Assembly: GCA_964473665.1 (NCBI GenBank)
Contig: CAYYPV010000068.1
Coordinates: 3,824-35,823, forward strand
DNA length: 32,000 nucleotides
Direction of reading: 5' to 3'
Source: an uncultured Candidatus Bathyarchaeia archaeon
GTDB lineage: Archaea > Thermoproteota > Bathyarchaeia > RBG-16-48-13 > CAYPFQ01
The position numbers were made by a program, and so were the translations under genes. Positions 16,986-23,664 of this stretch are shown here, piece by piece. The notes beneath the pieces are model-generated. The model was not told the DNA's origin. It saw nothing but the letters and a program-made list of their open reading frames with translations, and searched no databases. Numbering within the stretch: position 1 is the stretch's first letter; the number at the start of each line of letters is the position of its first letter.

Positions 16986-17046
16986 TCAATCCACTTGAAA
17001 ATAATCTGAAGTTTCGATAACTAAGAACTCTGTAGCAATGTTAACA

Positions 17047-17055
17047 TTTTTTTTT
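17047..17055 (+). terminator. T9 run after the Thr-Pro-Cys tRNA cluster
   Basis: TTTTTTTTT lies about 60 nt downstream of tRNA-Cys and is flanked by GCAATGT direct repeats and a TGTTAACA palindrome. Confidence 0.4.
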
Positions 17056-17077
17056 GCAATGTGTAAATGATTTGATT

Positions 17078-18631
17078 TTAGACCTGAATGGGCTTTTGAC
17101 TTATAACCTGCTTCATTTTTGCCCAAGCTTCTCTTGCTGTTACTCCAGCCTTCCGTGGATAATCCTGAACAGACATTTCGGCTATGACAGGGAATGGTGT
17201 TGGAGATGCTGCCCCCCAGATTAGCGCCTCATGATCAGCTAAGCCTGGTAAATAGTCTCGCAGTCTTTCGCTTCCACACTCAGTATACTTCAATATGGAA
17301 TCTTGGTCGTTACCAGACATTAATCTGAAGCATACAACTGTGTTGCACTGTGATATTATAGACTTCATAACATAGGCTGGTCTCTGCGTTAAAACTATGA
17401 AGCCTATGTTGTATCCGCCAGCTTGACTTATCGCTTCGACTAGTTGTTTATCTAACCCTATTCTCTCAGGGCTTCCCACTTCTATATCAAGACCTCTCTC
17501 CGGTGCGTAATACTGCGCTTCTTCAACTACTAGAACCGCTGAAAAGTCGCCTTGGTCTCTTCTAGCCATTGCATGTGAAACTATGTTCTTTATTATGTGT
17601 TTTAACGTAACCTGCTGTTCTTCAACATCAGTATCGATTGAAAAATCTATAATAACAATCGGATTTGTTAATACTGCTGCTATAATGTCCAGTGTCACTA
17701 TTTTCTCATCAAGGAAAGATCCTCTCGTGGTAATTGCCCAACGAATTCTTTCTAGAACGCGGTTACGTTCACGGCTGATGGCGAATGAGGACAGTTCTTG
17801 AATTTTAGCCAGTAATGTTTCTCTTGTTAATTCACGACTTTCAACATTTAGAGTTTCAATTGCATCCGCAATCATTTTGCCAGTAGAGTTTCTAGTTTCA
17901 AATCCAAGTCTTCGTGCAACTATTTCCCCTGTGAGAACGTCAGCTTTAGGTAGAAATTGGCGGTAAGGAACTATAAGGGCCCCGCATTTTGTCAATGTAG
18001 CATACTCTCCTCTTCTATCGAAGATTACGAAGTGTGGCGGAGGATTAAGCTCCTTAGATTTAATAATTAAATTAAGAGCAAAGCTACTTTTACCCGATCT
18101 AGTCATTCCCGCAACAAATAAATGTCCTTTAGCTATCCCGTTTAAATCCAGAGATATAGGCGTATTTAAGCCTCTATGTTTTCCAATTGTAAGATAATGC
18201 GGTTCCATTGCAGATGAACAATTAATTTTGCGGTGTGAGGCCACAGTGAAAAAGTAATTTATCTCCTCTTCCTCAGGCTCAAAAACCGGGTCATATGTCC
18301 CAGGGGCGCATTCTAATCCATACCATTTACCATTCTCGCTGATATAACCAAGAATTTCAGCTAACGCTACATCATATTCAAGTTGCTTTCCATACTGTGC
18401 CGGTTCACCCTTCTTGCATGCTATTGGCCCTGCGCGCCCTCGGCACATCTCAGGGTTATACGGCGTTACACGGAATACCCGAATTAAAACTGGGGCAATA
18501 TGTTCCTTACGCGATTTCATCGGATGCCGAATAAAGTAGTACTTGTTAACATAAACTTTTTCAGTTTCTTTAACTACGAACGGGACAAAATTCTGCGAAC
18601 AACCTGAAAGAATGTAGCCTATTTCCCTCAT
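17078..18631 (-). CDS. herA: HerA-like (FtsK/HerA superfamily, DUF87-type) ATPase
   Basis: Residue numbers follow the tracked 528-aa ORF. It has an N-terminal HAS-barrel-like region, Walker A AGMTRSGKS (res 185-193), Walker B AVLVVEEAQ (res 376-384) and LTQRP (res 425-429). I prefer ATG 18631 (MREIGYILSG) because it forms an ATGA overlap with the upstream stop. The tracked TTG 18664 would add 11 aa. Confidence 0.85.
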   Translation of the reverse strand: MREIGYILSGCSQNFVPFVVKETEKVYVNKYYFIRHPMKSRKEHIAPVLIRVFRVTPYNPEMCRGRAGPIACKKGEPAQYGKQLEYDVALAEILGYISENGKWYGLECAPGTYDPVFEPEEEEINYFFTVASHRKINCSSAMEPHYLTIGKHRGLNTPISLDLNGIAKGHLFVAGMTRSGKSSFALNLIIKSKELNPPPHFVIFDRRGEYATLTKCGALIVPYRQFLPKADVLTGEIVARRLGFETRNSTGKMIADAIETLNVESRELTRETLLAKIQELSSFAISRERNRVLERIRWAITTRGSFLDEKIVTLDIIAAVLTNPIVIIDFSIDTDVEEQQVTLKHIIKNIVSHAMARRDQGDFSAVLVVEEAQYYAPERGLDIEVGSPERIGLDKQLVEAISQAGGYNIGFIVLTQRPAYVMKSIISQCNTVVCFRLMSGNDQDSILKYTECGSERLRDYLPGLADHEALIWGAASPTPFPVIAEMSVQDYPRKAGVTAREAWAKMKQVISQKPIQV

Positions 18632-19851
18632 CTTAAACCCTCTTCGCGACCCAATTCTTGCCAAGATTCACCTTCATGCAGTGACCACTGTTCTCCATAC
18701 TGAAGTATGAACAGGTCAAGGTCTGCTGGATCCAACTCTCCCTTCTTTACAAGATCTAACGCTTTTGTGTACAGCAACAACGCATGAATGTTTGAGGTTG
18801 GTTTTGTGATTTTCGTGTAGCGATCAGCTTCATGGACTGGATAAGGTATTCCTTCAGGATCGGCCATTGTAAGAAGGATTGACGCAATTTCCTCAATTTT
18901 ATCTAAACAGAAAAGAGGGACTTCAATTCTGTAAGGTGGTGTTTGGCCAGTTTTAATGTATGATGAATAAATTTCAGCGATCGATTCGTCAAACTCAAAT
19001 TTGTCGGCGAACTGCTGGTAAGTCTTTGTTACCATGTTCTTAATTTGGAATGGTTCAATGTACTCTCCAGTGTTCATTAATGAGTTGAGAATAATCGTGT
19101 CTCTCATAGGCGTCATATTACAGGTACTGTAGAAGTAATTCATCTGCGTCCTTTTAACGAAGCCTACTACACCCACTCCGCGTCGTTTACATGTTTCCAG
19201 CAAAGATAGAGCTGTAATTAAAGTGAAAATGAAGTCACCGCGGTACTCATCTGAACCACCAAATTTAATGTGAAGCCGCGGATTTAGAACAAGTCCGCCG
19301 TCAAAGAAAATGTAAGCTGGATTCCATTTTTCAACAGCTTTCTTAGCGACATGATATTCAAGCGCCATATGAAGAAGGCTCTCTCTTCTATCGGCATCTT
19401 TTTCAGAAGGCCATACGTCAGGTGCACCTGCAGCGCATAAAGGCTCTTCAGTTATTTTCCAATTGTCAACTAGAACAGCGACAGCACCATAAATTGGCAC
19501 AAAAGCGAATCTATAATTTGTTCCATTTCGGCCAGCATCAGCTCCAACAATCTTTCTTGAAGCAATATCAACATCTCGGCGTGCTGAATGGAGTTTTATT
19601 CGTCCATAAAGCTGCTCAACTATTTTTCTTCTATAAGCTGCATATTCCTTTAACTTCTCAAGAACACTGTCAGTTCCATTATCAATAAGGTCATGGTACA
19701 ATCCTGTGTAAATTGTCTCAGCAGTCTCACCAGCGAAAATCCGTGATATAAACTCAACGGGTAGCGGCTTAACAGCGTCCAAAGTAGGGAAACGAAAATC
19801 ACTTATTGTCGAGTTTGAAACATTTTCTATATGGGTGTGGTGGGGTATCAT
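18628..19851 (-). CDS. nurA: NurA-domain nuclease-like protein
   Basis: It shows a NurA-like motif series: IVGADAGRNG (D105), ALEYH (E165), IFFDGGLVLNP (D184), VGFVKRTQ (K233) and GIPYPVHEAD (H340/D343). A strong SD (GGAGGT) lies 7 nt before the ATG. The call is from motif pattern, not from a search. Confidence 0.7.
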   Translation of the reverse strand: MIPHHTHIENVSNSTISDFRFPTLDAVKPLPVEFISRIFAGETAETIYTGLYHDLIDNGTDSVLEKLKEYAAYRRKIVEQLYGRIKLHSARRDVDIASRKIVGADAGRNGTNYRFAFVPIYGAVAVLVDNWKITEEPLCAAGAPDVWPSEKDADRRESLLHMALEYHVAKKAVEKWNPAYIFFDGGLVLNPRLHIKFGGSDEYRGDFIFTLITALSLLETCKRRGVGVVGFVKRTQMNYFYSTCNMTPMRDTIILNSLMNTGEYIEPFQIKNMVTKTYQQFADKFEFDESIAEIYSSYIKTGQTPPYRIEVPLFCLDKIEEIASILLTMADPEGIPYPVHEADRYTKITKPTSNIHALLLYTKALDLVKKGELDPADLDLFILQYGEQWSLHEGESWQELGREEGLR

Positions 19852-19878
19852 ATACTGAACCTCCGCTCCAACGGTTTG

Positions 19879-19909
19879 TCACAAGAAGTCGCCAATCGGC
19901 TACTTGTGA
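19879..19909 (-). promoter_or_regulatory. imperfect 12-bp stem with 7-nt loop in the 100-nt spacer between paralog 4 and the NurA-like gene
   Basis: TCACAAGAAGTC-GCCAATC-GGCTACTTGTGA gives 10 Watson-Crick pairs, 1 GU pair and 1 mismatch. The perfect palindrome GCGTTAACGC lies at 19935-19944 in the same spacer. Confidence 0.45.
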
Positions 19910-19951
19910 TCCGCCGCACCCGCTTCAGACGGATGCGTTAACGCGGAATAA

Positions 19952-20392
19952 TCATGCTAATACGTACACATAGCCCTCCTCAGTTTTCCAGCGGCGCAGT
20001 TTATTTCTTCTGGTCAAACGTTCAAGGGTTTTTGCTACTGTGGCTATTGGATAATGAAGCGCATTTGCTTCAAGCACTGTTGCAGTATCACTTAATGTTC
20101 GTGGTTTCTCTTTGGCCCAATCTGAAGAGAAAAGCTGAGTGAGTGCATCGCTGCAGCTTTCAGTTGTTGAGATAGATGGATATGACGAGCCAGTAGCTAC
20201 TGGTTTTTCAGTTACATTAAGCGATTGTGAAGTTACGGATGTTGAGGGTTGCGTTGATACAAACGCTTTCGATACCTTATTCACTATTTCCGGTAGATCA
20301 TTAAGGGCTTGGAGAACTTCTTCACGTGTGCCGCTTAGTTCGATTTCATAGTTACCGATTTTAACTCGAAGTGAAAATGGCTGTATGCTCAT
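19952..20392 (-). CDS. paralog 4 of a four-member family: N-terminal module, S/T-rich linker, divergent C-terminal winged-helix-like region
   Basis: LRVKIGNYEIELSGTREEVLQALNDL matches the N-modules of the three upstream genes. Its ATG overlaps the stop of paralog 3 (ATGA). The C-terminal TVAKTLERLTRRNKLRRWKTEEGYVYVL is wHTH-like. Confidence 0.65.
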   Translation of the reverse strand: MSIQPFSLRVKIGNYEIELSGTREEVLQALNDLPEIVNKVSKAFVSTQPSTSVTSQSLNVTEKPVATGSSYPSISTTESCSDALTQLFSSDWAKEKPRTLSDTATVLEANALHYPIATVAKTLERLTRRNKLRRWKTEEGYVYVLA

Positions 20393-20901
20393 TTCTTTTC
20401 TCCTCCTTGAATATTTATACGAGGCAAAATCACATCGCAGACATTCTTTATCCCAAGATTTGTAATTCGGTATTCACCTTTTCCAATCCGTTCAATTAGT
20501 CCATCGTCGACCATCCAAGCTAACTGATTTATTACGGTCTTTACCGCCTTACCTGTGAATCTGGCAAGCTCATCAACCGTTAAGGAATTCTTCGCCAATT
20601 TGCCTATTTTTTCCCCAACATAGGATCCTACTAAACATAAACCCATCGCTTCATCAGCGGGCAATTCTAACCGTGAAGAGAGTAATGGCCCCTCGGGTGC
20701 TATCACCAAAATTCCATTTAGATTCTCAATTAACCTCGAAATGTCTGTTGTATATACTAATCGAGAAACAGCTTCAAACGTCGGAAACGCTTGATTTAAT
20801 AGCTTAACAATCTCTTTAAACACCTCATCAGCTGTCCCCTCTACATCCGCCTTTAATTCTCCAAATTCGACATGGACTCGAACCTTGGGTTGAACGCTCA
20901 A
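20389..20901 (-). CDS. paralog 3: N-terminal module, middle domain and C-terminal winged helix-turn-helix
   Basis: The N-module is VRVHVEFGELKADVEGTADEVFKEIVKLL, the middle domain is LNGILVIAPEGPL...ADEAMGLCLVGSYVG, and the wHTH is TVDELARFTGKAVKTVINQLAWMVDDGLIERIGKGEYRITNLG. The start is TTG with GAGAGTGAG upstream. Confidence 0.7.
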   Translation of the reverse strand: MSVQPKVRVHVEFGELKADVEGTADEVFKEIVKLLNQAFPTFEAVSRLVYTTDISRLIENLNGILVIAPEGPLLSSRLELPADEAMGLCLVGSYVGEKIGKLAKNSLTVDELARFTGKAVKTVINQLAWMVDDGLIERIGKGEYRITNLGIKNVCDVILPRINIQGGEKK

Positions 20902-20917
20902 ATTTACTCACTCTCAG

Positions 20918-21421
20918 TTAAGATTTTAACTTCGGAATGACGCCTTCTAAGAATAGTTTTATTCCTAATGTTGTAATTTGATACTCTCCTCGTCCCAGGC
21001 GCATAACCCAGCCTTCATCAGTTAATTCGCTCAGACGACCTGCTACAGCCCCCGGCTTTCCACCTATGAGAGATATAATTTCCGCAATAGAAAGTGACGG
21101 TCTATCCATCTTTTTGAGTTGATGCCCAACGTACGCTTTAACTAAATGCAAAATTATTGCGTCACGATCGGTCAGTCGTTCCCGCTGTATTACAATTACT
21201 AACCCTTCTGGAGTAACAGCGATAATTCCTTCTAACGCTCTCAGTAATTGTTCCAAATCTGCGGTTAGAGTTAAACGGGATATAATCTCATAGGCCGGGT
21301 AGACTTTACCAAGAAAGGCCAGAATGCCGGATGTTACTTCATTAATTGATCCCGAGAACTTTGCTTCAGAATCGCCGAATCGAATAGAAACCTCCAATCT
21401 CTTCTCCTCACTCAACCGCAT
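20918..21421 (-). CDS. paralog 2: N-terminal module, middle domain and C-terminal winged helix-turn-helix
   Basis: The N-module is LEVSIRFGDSEAKFSGSINEVTSGILAFL, the middle domain is LEGIIAVTPEGLV...DRDAIILHLVKAYVG, and the wHTH is SIAEIISLIGGKPGAVAGRLSELTDEGWVMRLGRGEYQITTLG. The start is ATG 21421, or the GTG 21424 that directly abuts the TAG of paralog 1. Confidence 0.7.
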   Translation of the reverse strand: MRLSEEKRLEVSIRFGDSEAKFSGSINEVTSGILAFLGKVYPAYEIISRLTLTADLEQLLRALEGIIAVTPEGLVIVIQRERLTDRDAIILHLVKAYVGHQLKKMDRPSLSIAEIISLIGGKPGAVAGRLSELTDEGWVMRLGRGEYQITTLGIKLFLEGVIPKLKS

Positions 21422-21424
21422 CAC

Positions 21425-21880
21425 CTAAACCTTAAGCCTAGTAATAATGTCTTCAACCCATTTTTTCCCATTTACAGATAAGCGATAGGCTTTTTCCTCC
21501 TTAACTATGAGACCTTCCAACCTCATTTCACTAAGACGAGCTCCGAAGCCCGGCGAATGTCTGCCGCCTAACTCTAGAATTCTACCCAACTCTTTCGGTT
21601 CAACTGGATTCGGATCATGGGCATATAAAAGTAAGCCTAGGGCTTCTTTATCACTAATGCTCTCCTTCGGGACAATTAATACAGCGCCTTCGCTAGAAAA
21701 ATCTACAATGCCGGATAACACAACTTTGGCGTCAGGAACCACTTCAGGGGCGATAATCATCTTATCTATTATGTTAAGCCAGTCGGGAACCGCCTGTAGA
21801 TGCTCAATTATCTCATCTAATGTGCTACCTTCAAGCTCAACTTCTCCAAACGGCCTCTTTATTACTACGCGAATTTTCAT
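21425..21880 (-). CDS. paralog 1: N-terminal module, middle domain and C-terminal winged helix-turn-helix
   Basis: The N-module is IRVVIKRPFGEVELEGSTLDEIIEHL, the middle domain is LSGIVDFSSEGAVLIV...DKEALGLLLYAH, and the wHTH is ELGRILELGGRHSPGFGARLSEMRLEGLIVKEEKAYRLSVNG. It is the first gene of the operon. Confidence 0.7.
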   Translation of the reverse strand: MKIRVVIKRPFGEVELEGSTLDEIIEHLQAVPDWLNIIDKMIIAPEVVPDAKVVLSGIVDFSSEGAVLIVPKESISDKEALGLLLYAHDPNPVEPKELGRILELGGRHSPGFGARLSEMRLEGLIVKEEKAYRLSVNGKKWVEDIITRLKV

Positions 21881-21881
21881 T

Positions 21882-21940
21882 TTGGAGCCCCTGCTATAAT
21901 AGCTCCAACTAATATAAAAAAGTAACTATTTTACGTAAAA
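21882..21940 (-). promoter_or_regulatory. putative promoter/operator of the six-gene operon
   Basis: All three elements read on the minus strand. A TATA-like TTTTTATATT (21911-21920) sits 31-40 nt upstream of the ATG. The perfect 12-bp palindrome TTTTACGTAAAA (21929-21940) lies just upstream of it. A 7-bp inverted repeat TTGGAGC/GCTCCAA (21882-21888 and 21902-21908) lies between the TATA and the ATG. Confidence 0.4.
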
Positions 21941-22019
21941 ATTACATATATATTATGCGTGATTAATGACAGAACTTAATACATTTATAAGCGAACCCCT
22001 ATAAAACAGGATTCAGTTT

Positions 22020-22466
22020 TCAGTGTTTTCTCAAATATTCATCAATAATTTCATCGAATCTCTTGCCAAAATCGTCTAACTCACTCTCTGAAAAGTAATC
22101 CACCATGAAAGGTATCATTTTTTCCTCTTCTTTCAACCAATGAGCGCGCATAATATCGTATAGCGGGGCTAATTTGTACCGCCAACTCTCTCGGTCATAT
22201 CCTTCCTTAATTAGCGCTTCAAAATGTATCTTCATATCCGCATGTTCTACCTCGAGCTCAAAGGCCATTTCCTTTAAGTCGGGAATATTAATCATCCGCG
22301 GGAAAATCGTCAATTCTTCACCTAAATGGTGTGCATAGAGTTTCCTTTGGAAGTCAGTAAATAACTGTTCTTGCAATTTGGCATCTTTTGGAGAGGTCTT
22401 GAATAACTTTGCGAAAAGCCTCCTGTACTCACCATGGCCTCTTTTTATTGACTCGCCAATCCCCAC
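22020..22466 (-). CDS. hemerythrin (HHE cation-binding) domain protein
   Basis: The His/Glu spacing is YAHHLGEELTIFP, ELEVEHADM and RAHWLKEEEKMIPF. The start is GTG. Confidence 0.8.
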   Translation of the reverse strand: MGIGESIKRGHGEYRRLFAKLFKTSPKDAKLQEQLFTDFQRKLYAHHLGEELTIFPRMINIPDLKEMAFELEVEHADMKIHFEALIKEGYDRESWRYKLAPLYDIMRAHWLKEEEKMIPFMVDYFSESELDDFGKRFDEIIDEYLRKH

Positions 22467-22720
22467 TTTTCTTCACTTTTTATAAAAGACTCTTTAACAA
22501 AACCTCAAATATTGATTTTTGATAATTCGAGATTTATATAAATATAAACACGTATACTTGTTGAATTTATTTGAGAATTGACAGCGCTTCTGGTTTTACT
22601 TACCCTTAATATTGGTGCGATAGAACCAATTTTTAAATGCACGCGATACGAGTTCCCAAAATCTAGCTATTCGTATTCTGAAATCTCTAAAAATATACAC
22701 AAATATTTTGAAAATGAATT

Positions 22721-23068
22721 TTACAAATTTCGTAGGAAGTCGTCAAGTGCAATTGCATTGTTGTACTTCTCTTCCTTAGCAGAATAAAGAAGCGTTATTG
22801 TTCCCTTTTCATTTTCTATTTCTTTGATTTTCATGAGTAAATTTTTTTTATCTTTCAATTCACTTTTATATCTCTTTTTGAACTCTTCCCATTTCCTAGG
22901 ATCATGGGAAAACCATTTTCGCGTTTCATCACTTGGAGCAATTTCCTTCATCCAGAGATCAATTTTAGCTTTATACTTCGATAATCCTCTCGGCCATAAT
23001 CTGTCCACTAGAATTCGATAACCATCCTCTCTTTCTGGCTTTTCGTAAATTCTCTTTATTTTCCTCAC
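22721..23068 (-). CDS. DUF488 (YeaO-like) family protein
   Basis: [25 protein letters not shown]...WMKEIAPS...TLLYSAKEE is colinear with E. coli YeaO as I recall it ([25 protein letters not shown]...WDKEITPS...TLLYSAKN). The start is GTG. Confidence 0.85.
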   Translation of the reverse strand: MRKIKRIYEKPEREDGYRILVDRLWPRGLSKYKAKIDLWMKEIAPSDETRKWFSHDPRKWEEFKKRYKSELKDKKNLLMKIKEIENEKGTITLLYSAKEEKYNNAIALDDFLRNL

Positions 23069-23187
23069 ATGTACTCATCCAATCTACATTATAGCCTCGC
23101 GCAAGCCCTATTTGTCTATATTCATAAAATATTGGTCTAATTCTAATCCTTAAAAATAAATTCACGATTTACTCATATCTCTTAGAA

Positions 23188-23458
23188 ATGATCATTATGG
23201 AATTTTCTGAGAAGAAATTTACTTTGGAAGAGTTGAAACAGTATAATGGCATGAATGCCCAGATCCGCCTACACAGCTTACAAGGGTAAGGTCTACGACG
23301 TAACTGATGATCCTCTCTGGATTGAAGGTGACCATCAGGGAGAACATAAGGCGGGAGTAGATTTGACCGAAGAACTCAGCCAAGCACCTCACGGAGAAGA
23401 TGAACTAGCGATGGTTAAGCTCATAGGCATACTCGTTCCATCAGTCGATAAAAAATAA
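23188..23458 (+). pseudogene. cytochrome b5-like heme/steroid-binding domain gene interrupted by a +1 frameshift
   Basis: Frame 1 reads M..MEFSEKKFTLEELKQYNGMNAQ and then runs to a stop at 23287-23289. Frame 2, from 23255, continues SAYTAYKGKVYDVTDDPLWIEGDHQGEHKAGVDLTEEL. Removing one C from CCC 23258-23260 joins them into one b5-like domain. Confidence 0.7.
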
Positions 23459-23664
23459 GAATTTATTTTCATCTACTCGGTAGAAGTATCAGCACAGCCA
23501 CTAATCACGACCTCTTTTAACGACCTGTCGATTCAATTTTAGCTAGATGATGAACTTTAGTTCTCGTTCTAAAAGATGCCTCAAATTCACGCACTCTCAA
23601 CGCGTTAATGGACCAAGCGATGAATCTCAATTTGGTAAGTAAAAAGAGTTTGCCCAATTTTTTA

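Noticed and set aside
18632-18664. TTG 18664 as the start of the HerA-like gene (as in the ORF track)
   Set aside because: It adds 11 residues (MARIGSRRGFK) that overlap the NurA-like C-terminus by 37 nt. ATG 18631 gives the classic ATGA stop/start overlap and begins at the conserved-looking IGYILSG segment.
23546-23620. Box C-like GATGATGA in the intergenic region downstream of the b5-like gene, considered as a free-standing C/D sRNA
   Set aside because: There is no CUGA box D or D' at the expected 12-nt spacing or within about 60 nt. There is also no terminal stem.
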